NCBI GenBank assembly: GCA_963663765.2
Contig: CAXXUA010000005.1
Coordinates: 1,440,001 to 1,504,000, forward strand
Direction: 5' to 3'
Length of the DNA: 64,000 nt
Source: Candidatus Poribacteria bacterium
Lineage (GTDB): Bacteria; Poribacteria; WGA-4E; WGA-3G
Shown here: positions 50,185 to 59,912 of the stretch, one piece after another
Layout: each line of letters begins with the position of its first letter
Numbering within the stretch: the stretch's first letter is position 1
The notes under the pieces: model-generated
Database searches by the model: none
What the model was told of the DNA's origin: nothing
Seen by the model: only the letters and a program-made list of their open reading frames with translations
Program-made: the position numbers and the translations under genes

Positions 50185-51006
50185 TTACCTACCGTGAATT
50201 GCTCTTAGATCCAAACGTGCATCTATATTGTCTGAAACTGCGTTTGTCCAGTCCACATCGTCCCTGCTTTGTAGGCTCATCAAAGCAACATTCACCATCG
50301 GGTTTGATAGCGAATAGTTGAGTAGAAAACTGTCCACATCCACGTCTACCATCTCCTTTGGAAAGCAGTGCTTCATAAGGTTTTGAAATACGTTGCTTGT
50401 GGTGGAACGCATTAGGACAATCCCCATATCTTGTGCGACTGCATCAGGAATGACACCTCGTTTACTGAATGTATCACAAGTGCTTTGATACATCAGGTTG
50501 TAATGGATTTGCATCATGTCAAACTCACCCGTTGCGATCAGTTGTTCTGTGCCTCCAGAAGGACCATCTGCGGAGAATCCGATAAACCTAACCTTCCCTT
50601 CCTCCTTCAGTTTAAGGTAAGTGTCTAATCCACCACCGTTTATAATCTGGCCTGCCTCTTTTTCATAGAACCAACCCCCATGAAACTGAAGGATATCAAT
50701 ATAATCGGTGTTGAGTCTGCGTAGACTACCTTCCAAATCTGTTGCGATGCCGTCAGGGTGATATGCTTCTGTTTTTGTTGCAAGGATGCATGCATCCCGA
50801 CGATCCTTGATTGCTTTTCCGATTAATGTTTCGCTGTAACCACCGCCATAGGTCGGGGCAGTATCTATGTAGTTGATTCCAACTTCTATAGCATAATGTA
50901 TCATATTTGCAATTGATATTTCATCATGTTCTGGACGAACCCTGCCGCCACCGTAACCGATTTCTGAAACACGGAGTCCAGTTTTACCGAGTGTTTGATA
51001 TTGCAT
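50185..51006 (-). CDS. Aldo/keto reductase
   Basis: LGKTGLRVSEIG, IDTAPTYG..SE, LATK, SLRRLNTDYIDILQFH, GKVRFIGFS. Confidence 0.92.
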   Translation of the reverse strand: MQYQTLGKTGLRVSEIGYGGGRVRPEHDEISIANMIHYAIEVGINYIDTAPTYGGGYSETLIGKAIKDRRDACILATKTEAYHPDGIATDLEGSLRRLNTDYIDILQFHGGWFYEKEAGQIINGGGLDTYLKLKEEGKVRFIGFSADGPSGGTEQLIATGEFDMMQIHYNLMYQSTCDTFSKRGVIPDAVAQDMGIVLMRSTTSNVFQNLMKHCFPKEMVDVDVDSFLLNYSLSNPMVNVALMSLQSRDDVDWTNAVSDNIDARLDLRAIHGR

Positions 51007-51079
51007 TGCTTGCGTTTCTCCTCTGATACATTTAGGTTGAAAGTATTATAGATAATTTATCTGAAGCTAAGGTAAGTGT

Positions 51080-54000
51080 TTAGACATAATCCATCCGAGA
51101 GAATTTTCTGCCATTTTTGTTTTTTGACTTAGTTCGATTGCTTCGTTTGATGCTATCTTCTCCAAATAGATCTTCTACCTTTTTGAATACGACATCCTCG
51201 TCTGCAATATTGTAATTTGTTCCGCACTTTGCGATGACTTCACCGAAACGCGGACTCAATAGACGTAAGATCAAGTGTAGTTTTCCCTTGTTGTTAAGTG
51301 CGATCTCTTTTAATGCTTTTATTTTTTCAAGATTGTTGATGTCAGCTTCTGGGATTGTTACTTCCGCGGCTGTCGTCTGTTCAATGGGAACAGTTTCTAT
51401 GTCTAAAATAGTCTCTGCTTGTATCTGTCGTTCTTCTTCTTCAGTTTCGTCGTCAGAGTTCCTGTTTCTGCTATTCTGATTGATTTTGACATTCCCTTCA
51501 ATCCACACGATTCTCCCTTCAAATAGGTCGCCAGCTGTTTTATATGCTTCAGGAAATACGACGATTTCTATAGAACCTTCAAGGTCTTCAAAACCGATGA
51601 CCGCCATGGAGTCTCCTTTCTTTGTGGTAAGGTTTTTTACGTCAGTAATCATTCCTGCTACAGAAACTGTGGACTCAATTGGGTGTGCACCAAGTGTTCG
51701 AGTGCTTGCTGTTGTGTAGTATTCTATAATGTCCGTATATTCTTGTAGCGGGTGTCCGGAGACATAGAAGCCGAGTTGTTCCTTTTCACGTTTTAGTCGT
51801 TCCAAAGGATCATATTCTGCTGTTTCTGTAAGAACCATTTCTGTAGTTGATATGTCAGCGGTGTCCTCAAATAGGTTCATCTGTCCACGTTCTCGTTGTG
51901 CTTGTGCAGTTTGTGCGACTTTCAGAACACTTTCCAGATTTTCAAGAAGTTGTGCTCGGTGTCCATCAAGTAAGTCAAAAGCACCGCACAGAATCAATGC
52001 TTCAATGGCACGTTTATTCACGACTTTTGAATCTACCCGTTCACAGAAATCTTGTAGTGATGAGAATGAACCGCCTTCCTCACGAGCAGCTACAATTGCA
52101 TCTATTGCCGCTTCACCGACACCTTTCACTGCGACAAGACCGAAACAGATATCATTGCTATCTACCGTGAACTTCTTGTTACTGCTGTTCACGTCTGGTG
52201 AAAGCACATTGATCTCAACGCCAAGGTAATCAGCGAGTTTGCTGCAATCTGAACGGTATCGTGTGATTTTGTCGGAGTCTCCTGCTTCTCCTGTCATCAT
52301 AGCCGCCATGAATTCGCGTGGATAGTGTGATTTGAGATACGCCATGCGATAAGCCAACATTGCATAAACAACAGAGTGTGATTTATTGAACGCATATCCA
52401 CTGAAAGGTTCAAGTAAATCGTAAATTTCCTCAGCCGCATTCTTAGTTATTTCATTCTTGAGCGCACCTTCAACGAATTTCTCCCGCTGTGCTTGTAGCA
52501 GCTCTGGATTTTTCTTACCCATTGCAGAACGGAGTACGTCAGCTTCACCAAGTGTGAAACCTGCCAAGTCCCTTACAATTTGCATGACCTGTTCCTGATA
52601 GACGCACACCCCATAAGTGTTTTTGAGTGCGTTTTTAAGCAGTGGGTGTTTATATGTTACCTTTTCTAACCCGTTTTTTCGATCGATGAACTGCTGTGCC
52701 ATGCCGCTTTCTAAGGGACCTGGACGATATAGCGCTGGAATTGCACAGAAATCTTCAAAGTTGTCTGCTTTCAGTTGTGTCACAACCCTATACATTCCTG
52801 GAGATGTTTCCAATTGGAACAACCCCGCAAGTAAACCTTTGCTAATCAGCGAGAAGGTTTTTTCATCGTCAAAAGGTATATCTTCTAATTTGATTTCCTT
52901 GTTATGATTTTCCTTAATCATTTGAAGGCAGTCATATATTTCTGTAAGTGTGCGCAAACCGAGGAAATCAAATTTGACCATTCCAACATTTTCAACTGTT
53001 TTACCTTCATACTGTGTTGCAACTTGATCATGTTTATCCTTGAAAAGTGGTGCGAAATCAGTTAGGGGACCGTTGGAAATAACAATTGCACATGGATGAC
53101 AAGAAACGTGGCGTTTCATACCTTCAACGGCTCTGCTTAGATCGATCAATTCCTTGTATTCTGTTTGTTCGGAAAGCGTTTGCAATTCGGGTACTTGTTC
53201 CAAAGCCTCATCAATTGTAATATTAAGTGTATTCGGAATCAGTTGTGTTAATTTGACAACATTATCAAGTGGGACATCAAGCGATCGACCCACATCTTTG
53301 ATTGCTCCCTTTGCTTTCATTGTAGAAAATGTGGCGACTTTACCAACAGATTCATGCCCATATTTATTGACAAGATATTCAATAACATGGGCTCGTGCGT
53401 GATCTACGAAATCAATATCAATATCAGGTGGACTTATTCGTTCAAGGTTCAAAAACCGTTCAAAAATACATCCATAATCCATTGGATTGAAAGTAATAAC
53501 ATCAAGGGCGTAAAGCACAAGGCTACCGGCAGCAGAACCGCGTGCAGAAAGCGGATAGCCTTGTGCATTAGCGTATTTGACGTAATCCCATACAATAAGA
53601 AAATAACCTGGGTAACCTGTCTTATTAATTATATCAAGTTCATGATTCAATCTATCTTGAACATCTGTAGCGAGTTCTCCATCTAATTTTTCACGTAGCC
53701 CTTTGTGACAAAGTTCTTTTAGGTAACTCTCATTTGTATATCCTTCTGGCACCTCGTATTTTGGCATAACGCTCTCGCCATAATCAAGCTTAAGATCACA
53801 CCGTTTTGCAATTTCAAGTGTGTTGCTAATAGCTTCAGGCGGGTAATCCTTAAGAACTTCACGCATTTCGTCAATGTCTTTAAAATAGAAATGATTGTCA
53901 AATTGCATCCGATCAGTTTCTTTGACAGTTTTCTTGGTTTGAATGCAAAGCAGCACATCATGCATATGGTGGTCTGATTTTCGCAAGTAGTGACAATCAT

Positions 54001-54613
54001 TTGTACCAACAAGTGGAAGGTCAAATTCTTGTGCTAACTCTACCATTATGGGGTAAGCTTGTTGTTCTTTGTCAATGTAATGGTTCTGTACCTCAACATA
54101 TAGGTTATTGGGTCCCATAATGTCAATCAGAGTTTTGAAGTTTTGGATACCCTCCTCTCGTCTATTTGAGCATAAGAGTTGCGGTACTTGTCCTTGGATA
54201 CAACCCGTAAAAGCGATAATTCCTTCGCGATGTTCTCGTAGAATTTCCATGTCAATGCGAGGTTTACTATAGAAACCTTCTGTGTAACCTAACGATACCA
54301 ATTTAATAAGGTTTTTGTAACCAGCAGCGTTTTCTACCAACAGCGTTAAATGGTATGGACTCCCTTGTTCTTTACCGCGTTTGTGCCGGTCACCAGGGGC
54401 GACATAAACTTCGCACCCAACAATGGGGTTTACACCAGCCTCTTTTGCTTTCGTATAAAACTCCCATGCGCCGAACATATTCCCATGGTCGGTGAGTGCA
54501 ACAGCAGGTGCGCTATTCTCTATTGCCCACTGTATCATATCCGTAATGCGACATGCTCCATCAAGCATGCTATATTCACTGTGGTTGTGTAGATGGACAA
54601 ATTCGGAAGACAT
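51080..54613 (-). CDS. dnaE: DNA polymerase III alpha subunit
   Basis: PHP motifs HLHNHSEYSMLDG, TDHG, TNDCHY; RGSAAGS, FERFLN, PDIDIDF, KFDFLGL, YAFNKSH; OB fold. Confidence 0.97.
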   Translation of the reverse strand: MSSEFVHLHNHSEYSMLDGACRITDMIQWAIENSAPAVALTDHGNMFGAWEFYTKAKEAGVNPIVGCEVYVAPGDRHKRGKEQGSPYHLTLLVENAAGYKNLIKLVSLGYTEGFYSKPRIDMEILREHREGIIAFTGCIQGQVPQLLCSNRREEGIQNFKTLIDIMGPNNLYVEVQNHYIDKEQQAYPIMVELAQEFDLPLVGTNDCHYLRKSDHHMHDVLLCIQTKKTVKETDRMQFDNHFYFKDIDEMREVLKDYPPEAISNTLEIAKRCDLKLDYGESVMPKYEVPEGYTNESYLKELCHKGLREKLDGELATDVQDRLNHELDIINKTGYPGYFLIVWDYVKYANAQGYPLSARGSAAGSLVLYALDVITFNPMDYGCIFERFLNLERISPPDIDIDFVDHARAHVIEYLVNKYGHESVGKVATFSTMKAKGAIKDVGRSLDVPLDNVVKLTQLIPNTLNITIDEALEQVPELQTLSEQTEYKELIDLSRAVEGMKRHVSCHPCAIVISNGPLTDFAPLFKDKHDQVATQYEGKTVENVGMVKFDFLGLRTLTEIYDCLQMIKENHNKEIKLEDIPFDDEKTFSLISKGLLAGLFQLETSPGMYRVVTQLKADNFEDFCAIPALYRPGPLESGMAQQFIDRKNGLEKVTYKHPLLKNALKNTYGVCVYQEQVMQIVRDLAGFTLGEADVLRSAMGKKNPELLQAQREKFVEGALKNEITKNAAEEIYDLLEPFSGYAFNKSHSVVYAMLAYRMAYLKSHYPREFMAAMMTGEAGDSDKITRYRSDCSKLADYLGVEINVLSPDVNSSNKKFTVDSNDICFGLVAVKGVGEAAIDAIVAAREEGGSFSSLQDFCERVDSKVVNKRAIEALILCGAFDLLDGHRAQLLENLESVLKVAQTAQAQRERGQMNLFEDTADISTTEMVLTETAEYDPLERLKREKEQLGFYVSGHPLQEYTDIIEYYTTASTRTLGAHPIESTVSVAGMITDVKNLTTKKGDSMAVIGFEDLEGSIEIVVFPEAYKTAGDLFEGRIVWIEGNVKINQNSRNRNSDDETEEEERQIQAETILDIETVPIEQTTAAEVTIPEADINNLEKIKALKEIALNNKGKLHLILRLLSPRFGEVIAKCGTNYNIADEDVVFKKVEDLFGEDSIKRSNRTKSKNKNGRKFSRMDYV

Positions 54614-54893
54614 GGATTCTCCTAATGTATGTTATATTTCTAATGTATCTTACGATGGAATAATGGTTCAGATTTCAATATTTTTTCAGATGTAATTATA
54701 GCAGAATAATGGTAAATTTTCACTACGAAATATTAGGCAGGTTGATTTTGTTTTCCGCATTTTAGCTGTTTCCTGAGAAAATCGCGACCGGGAAGTCGTT
54801 CCTACCGCGGGGTTTCTTTAATGAACTGACTTTCAACAAAGTTGCATCGTGACAAATTGAATGCCTCTGTTTACACATCATCTTCATTTGACA

Positions 54894-55011
54894 CAGGGTT
54901 ATTCAGTTTTCCTAATTTTTGGATTATTGAAAAAGAAACCCCGGTAGGAGCGACCTCCCGGTCGCGATTTTCTCAGAAAAAAGCTAAAATACCTAAAACT
55001 GAAAAACCCTG
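54894..55011. mobile_element. MITE family D (a reversed partial copy lies at ~54755-54820)
   Basis: TIRs, REP2, 9-bp TSD CATTTGACA. Confidence 0.9.
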
Positions 55012-55163
55012 CATTTGACATTTTGTATTTTTTATGGTATTGTATTATTGAATACTCAATGGAAATTGCGATTGTCAACGAATTGTCTTAGACGTATGTA
55101 TAGAGAAAAATTATGAATATCCTGTCCATATTATCAATCTTGAGGAGGTACACAGAAGGTTTT

Positions 55164-56378
55164 ATGAAGAATCTCACAATTATCCCAATAATTCTAATTT
55201 TATTTATTTGCTTTGCATGTGAAACTGAACAGAAAGGTCCCAGTCATTTGGACGTAGGCACATCTGAATTGAATGGTGGTCGTGTTATTGATGCGATAAA
55301 AAATCTGAAACAGGCAGAAAAAAAAGAAGCGGATAAAGATGAATCACGTGCATTGCTTGTCATAGCATATTCGCATGCACTTAGTCCAAAAAGTTCAAAT
55401 GCAGCAAAAACACAAAGGGTTGAACCCGAATACAAAAAGGAACGTGCTGAAAGAATCGCTGCTTTGAACACAGCTGAGATTAACAAAATGATTGAACATC
55501 TCAGTAAAAAGCAGTCAGTTTTTCAAGCAGATGGATTTCAAGCATTAGTTGATAAAGGAACAGACGCTGCAGTTGTATTAATTGAACAGATTGTAAATGG
55601 CACGTATCCAGAGGCACAACATCATTTTATATCTACTATTGTAAAAATAGGGGCTGATGCGGTTGATCCAATTTTGAATAAAGTCACCGATACCGCTGTT
55701 TCTGATGAAGCGAAGATGAAACTCATTCACATGCTTGGGGAAATTGGTGATAAGAAGGCTGTTGAAAAATTAACATCAATGGACGTGTCAACAATGAGTC
55801 TTGCTCTCAAAATGGAACTTTTCACGACCCTATATAGACTTGGAGAAAAGGGGTATAAATCTGAGATCCTTGCTGGTCTAAAGGCGAATGAAGTGGAAGT
55901 GCGCAGAGCAGCTGCAAAAGCGATGGCAAACCTTAAAGATGTGAATACCAGAATCCTTATTGATACTCTTAAAGACACCGATTCTCAAGTTGTCACGGAT
56001 ATTACAAAAGCACTCTCTATCCATAAAACTAAAGACGCTGTTGATGCTTTAGTAAATGTCTTCAAGGGTGAGTATAGTGCGGAAGCAAAAAGTGCGGTTT
56101 TGAAAACACTCACTACTTATGCAGAAGCAGGAAGTGGTCTCACAAAAGGGTTAGCGAGAAAACTATCTCTGCTACTTATTAACAAAGAAATTAGTGATTC
56201 AACAGATCGCGTTCGTCTTGTACAGTTTTTGAAGCACAGTATTATGGTAAAGCAACTCAAAGCCGCGAAGTTACTTGATGACCTTGATGTAAAACTGTAC
56301 GATTATCTTGAAAAAGAGGAAGAGGCTAAGTTCGTTAAAACCGAACTTAGTGAACTTCTGAATAAAATAAAGAAATAG
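55164..56378 (+). CDS. HEAT-repeat lipoprotein
   Basis: MKNLTIIPIILILFICFA-C; LGEIGD..AV, VRRAAAKAM, AVDALV. Confidence 0.8.
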   Translation: MKNLTIIPIILILFICFACETEQKGPSHLDVGTSELNGGRVIDAIKNLKQAEKKEADKDESRALLVIAYSHALSPKSSNAAKTQRVEPEYKKERAERIAALNTAEINKMIEHLSKKQSVFQADGFQALVDKGTDAAVVLIEQIVNGTYPEAQHHFISTIVKIGADAVDPILNKVTDTAVSDEAKMKLIHMLGEIGDKKAVEKLTSMDVSTMSLALKMELFTTLYRLGEKGYKSEILAGLKANEVEVRRAAAKAMANLKDVNTRILIDTLKDTDSQVVTDITKALSIHKTKDAVDALVNVFKGEYSAEAKSAVLKTLTTYAEAGSGLTKGLARKLSLLLINKEISDSTDRVRLVQFLKHSIMVKQLKAAKLLDDLDVKLYDYLEKEEEAKFVKTELSELLNKIKK

Positions 56379-56522
56379 TGTATAGGTTGTTTTTCTGTTT
56401 CAAGTTATAATTTTTCGGATCTCTTTCATATAAAATAACCTAAGTTTCTACCTACAAAACTTAGACTTGGAAACACCATGTAATATCAAAAAATGCTGAT
56501 AAATTACCTATATTTTGAAACA

Positions 56523-56793
56523 CAAACTTTATGAAGAATAATAAATAAATGAGGTAATACTATCCAACCCAACCTTTGTAGGCGGGGAATGCCTAAATAG
56601 CATTCATACCCCGGGGAATGCCTAAATGGTATTCATACCCGGGGAATGCCTTAATGGCATTCATACCCGGGGAATGCCTTAATGGCATTCATACCGTTGA
56701 TTTCTTGATTTCTTGATTTCTTGATTTGGTGCTTTGTAAGCACGCCTACCGGGTGAAAAATATTTATTACCGACTTAATAAATTAATCTTCAT
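56523..56793. mobile_element. MITE family C with micro-insert (4 hairpins + 4 octamers, 56584-56728)
   Basis: CAAACTTTATGAAGAATAAT...ATTAATCTTCAT; REP1 split at GTAGGC|GTGC. Confidence 0.8.
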
Positions 56794-56912
56794 CTGGAGC
56801 AAAGAAAGTTTCTGTTTTGGTCGTTGAGTCTTGATTTGACCTTCCCAAACACGTCCAGAATGTCACTCCTACCTTAAGCAACATATTTTAGTATGTGTGC
56901 TTAATCAACAAT

Positions 56913-57223
56913 TATGGTGAAATTTGAAAATAAGTTTACATTTCTACAATTTGCAATATTTGCTGTCATGTCAGTATGCTATTCATTTATTTATTTGGTA
57001 GGAGCGACCTCCTGGTCGCGACTGTTTTGATACATGGTCCCTGTACGGTCGTGACCCGGGGAATGCCTAAATGGCATTCATACCGTTGATTTCTTGATTT
57101 CTTGATTTCTTGATTTCTTGATTACTTGATTTGGAGGTCGCTCCTACCAACGCAGGGTACGGTCCCGACTGGGAGGTCGCTCCTACCTGGGCAAGTGTGT
57201 AATTAATTCCATAATTTACCATA
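56913..57223. mobile_element. Family E element with micro-insert (57058-57133) in REP2
   Basis: Reverse homolog of 4239-4431; GTGACCC|GGGGAATGCC...TTGATTTG|GAGGTCGCTCCTAC. Confidence 0.8.
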
Positions 57224-57377
57224 AATACCTATGCTAAAAATTTCTTGACACAAAAAAGTATCTGTTTTATTATAAGTTTATGGTGCTGTTCTTGTATTTC
57301 TTAAGTATAGGAGACTATTTTATTTCGCACCAAATTTCGTATTTATGTTGATGTTAGGAGGGAAAAACGAACGTAAC

Positions 57378-58592
57378 ATGAAAAAACTTGTAACGATATG
57401 CCTTGTTTTAGTTTGGGTTGTGTCGTTTGGCTGCAAAAAGGAAAAGATTATCCGGGATCTTCCAGAGGGAAGGAAGATGTTGTTAGGAGCAGGACTTGCG
57501 GTTGAAGCTGTAAACGTTCTTAAACTTGCGGAAATAGCAGAAAAAAATAAAAGCGAACCACGAGCTCTCTTGCTCATCGCTTATAGTCGCGCGCTTTCTA
57601 AGGAAACTCCGTTGTTGAAGAGTAAGAATTTGGAGACCGAATATAGTAACGAACGAACACTACGCATTACTGAATTGAACGCTGATGAGATAGAAGAAAT
57701 CATTCAAATCCTTGATGAGAGAAGTCTTGTTCATGATGATGTTATTCAAATCCTAATTGACAAAGGCACTCCGGTCATACCCATAATATTAGATAGTTTT
57801 ATACAGAACCGATATACCGAATCCTACGACGTTTTTGCGTATATCTTGACTCATATTGGTGCGAAAGGACTTGAAGACCTTTTGTCAAGTATTGAGGCAA
57901 CAGAAACACCGACTTCAGTGAAGGTGCGATTAGTTCGTGTTATCGGGAATATCGGTGAAGCGGATGCCAGGGATAGGTTAGAAGCTGTTAAAAAGTCCGT
58001 TCAAGATGCTGGTTTAGACATGGAGATAAACGTTGCACTTTATCAAATTGGAAACAAAGAGTATGGAAAAAACATTGAGGAAGGCTTACAGAATAGTAAC
58101 TTGGTTGCACGGCAGGCTGCAGCAAGGTCTGTGGTAATGCTTGGCCAACCCTCAACATCTGAATTAATAAAGGCACTCAAAGATGAGGATGATCAAGTTC
58201 GTAGGAGTGTTGTAAAAGCACTACAAAAACACGTTGATCCCAACGCAGTGGATAATCTGGTTGAGATTCTTACCAACGATTCTGGAGGTAGCACCAAGCA
58301 ATCCGCATTGAATACATTAAATCATTATGTAGAAAAGAATATAGCAGATGGTTTGGCACCACGTTTAATCTCTTTGCTGATAGATACTGAAATTTCTGAT
58401 CACGAAGATAGAATTCGCATTGCTCAGCTCCTTAATAAACCTGCATTGATTCAGCAGATTGAAGCAGCGGATCCTTATGCTAATTTACCTCACAAGCTTT
58501 ATGAATACTATACAAATAAGGAAGACAATCTCTTCGTAAAATCAGAACTCACCTCGCTTCTTAATAAACTTGTGGAACCAAGTGAAGAATAA
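57378..58592 (+). CDS. HEAT-repeat lipoprotein (paralog of 55164)
   Basis: MKKLVTICLVLVWVVSFG-C; shared RALL.IAYS.ALS and FVK.EL..LLNK; ALKDEDDQVRRSVVKAL. Confidence 0.8.
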   Translation: MKKLVTICLVLVWVVSFGCKKEKIIRDLPEGRKMLLGAGLAVEAVNVLKLAEIAEKNKSEPRALLLIAYSRALSKETPLLKSKNLETEYSNERTLRITELNADEIEEIIQILDERSLVHDDVIQILIDKGTPVIPIILDSFIQNRYTESYDVFAYILTHIGAKGLEDLLSSIEATETPTSVKVRLVRVIGNIGEADARDRLEAVKKSVQDAGLDMEINVALYQIGNKEYGKNIEEGLQNSNLVARQAAARSVVMLGQPSTSELIKALKDEDDQVRRSVVKALQKHVDPNAVDNLVEILTNDSGGSTKQSALNTLNHYVEKNIADGLAPRLISLLIDTEISDHEDRIRIAQLLNKPALIQQIEAADPYANLPHKLYEYYTNKEDNLFVKSELTSLLNKLVEPSEE

Positions 58593-58675
58593 ACTGATTC
58601 TTTACTGAAGTCAACTACAGTCATAATGTGTCCTCTCTGTTTGTGCCATGTAGTCTTGGTAGGAGACAAGAAACC

Positions 58676-59839
58676 ATGCCGAAATATCCCACAGACATTA
58701 AGATAACGAAAATTGAGCAGGTTGTCGTTGAGATAGACATGCCTGCGATCGGTTGTAACTCTGGAGCAAAAGAAATACGTCAACCAGACCCAAATGGTAA
58801 ATGGAGTGAAAGCATAACACGTATTTATACCAATGATGGGACACTGGGTTGGGGACCTACCAGTTGGGGGACATCTGCAGAAGAAGCAAAAGATGCTCTA
58901 TACAACAGCCCTTTTGATCTGTTGACTCCTGAAAATGGAGTCGTTAAAGACTACCGCGGATTTGAAAACGCCTTGTGGGATACAATCGGGAAAATCCTTG
59001 AAAAACCGGCATATCAAATTATGGGAACTGAAACCTATGGGAACGGATTGCCTGCGTATGATAGCACGATTTATTTCAATGACCTTCTCTATGATACAAA
59101 AGCCGAAGGACTCAAACGGATTGAGGACGATGTAAAAAAGAGTTTGGCAGATGGTTTCACAGCATGCAAAATGAAGATGGGACGCGGTAATCATCTCATG
59201 GAGCGGAAAGCAGGATTAGAAAGAGATATAGAGGTTGTCCAACTTGCACGTAGCACTGCTGGAGAAGGTTTCCATATACTTGTTGATGCTAACAATGCTT
59301 ATACTTATGACGAAGTCATTGCCTTCCTGAACGAAACAAGCAACTGTGATGTCTTTTGGATTGAAGAAATGTTTGAAGAGGATGTTGAGTTGTATCGCAA
59401 CTTAAAGGAATTTATCCAAGAGAAGGGTTTGAATACTTTGATTGCTGATGGTGAAACACGTACTCGTGCACCTCTTGATTTCTACGATCCGTTTTTTGAA
59501 GCAGGTGTCATTGATGTTATCCAACATGATATGAAGGGACTTGGAGTGACGGGTTGGCGGAGGCTCGCAGAAATGGCTGGAGCGAACAACGTCAAATGTG
59601 CACCCCATAACTGGGGTTCTCTTCTCGGTTTCTTTCTCAGTCTCCAATTTGCAAAGACGATTCCACATTTCCTATATGGCGAAGTTGCCACCCTTACCAG
59701 TGATGTGATTGATGTTTCTGGATACGAATTCTCTGGTGGAACGTTCACCGTGCCTGACACTCCCGGTCTCGGTTTGGATCTCAATCAAGACGTTTATGAT
59801 GCACGCTATGCTGGTAATGAGGCATGGTTGATCGCGTAG
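58676..59839 (+). CDS. Mandelate racemase/muconate lactonizing enzyme family protein
   Basis: ALWDTIGK, KMKMG, VDAN, WIEE, ADGE, PH, PDTPGLG. Confidence 0.88.
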   Translation: MPKYPTDIKITKIEQVVVEIDMPAIGCNSGAKEIRQPDPNGKWSESITRIYTNDGTLGWGPTSWGTSAEEAKDALYNSPFDLLTPENGVVKDYRGFENALWDTIGKILEKPAYQIMGTETYGNGLPAYDSTIYFNDLLYDTKAEGLKRIEDDVKKSLADGFTACKMKMGRGNHLMERKAGLERDIEVVQLARSTAGEGFHILVDANNAYTYDEVIAFLNETSNCDVFWIEEMFEEDVELYRNLKEFIQEKGLNTLIADGETRTRAPLDFYDPFFEAGVIDVIQHDMKGLGVTGWRRLAEMAGANNVKCAPHNWGSLLGFFLSLQFAKTIPHFLYGEVATLTSDVIDVSGYEFSGGTFTVPDTPGLGLDLNQDVYDARYAGNEAWLIA

Positions 59840-59912
59840 TCTTTAGTTAAAATCTATATAATGTGGAAACAAGACGTATTATATTTTTCTATAAGGCTAA
59901 GGTGATTCCACT

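Noticed and set aside
51080-54613. Intein or split dnaE
   Set aside because: Normal length, continuous motifs, no intein splice signatures seen.
56584-56728. Mini-CRISPR from the 28-bp hairpin repeats
   Set aside because: Units abut with no spacers, and the block sits inside a split REP.
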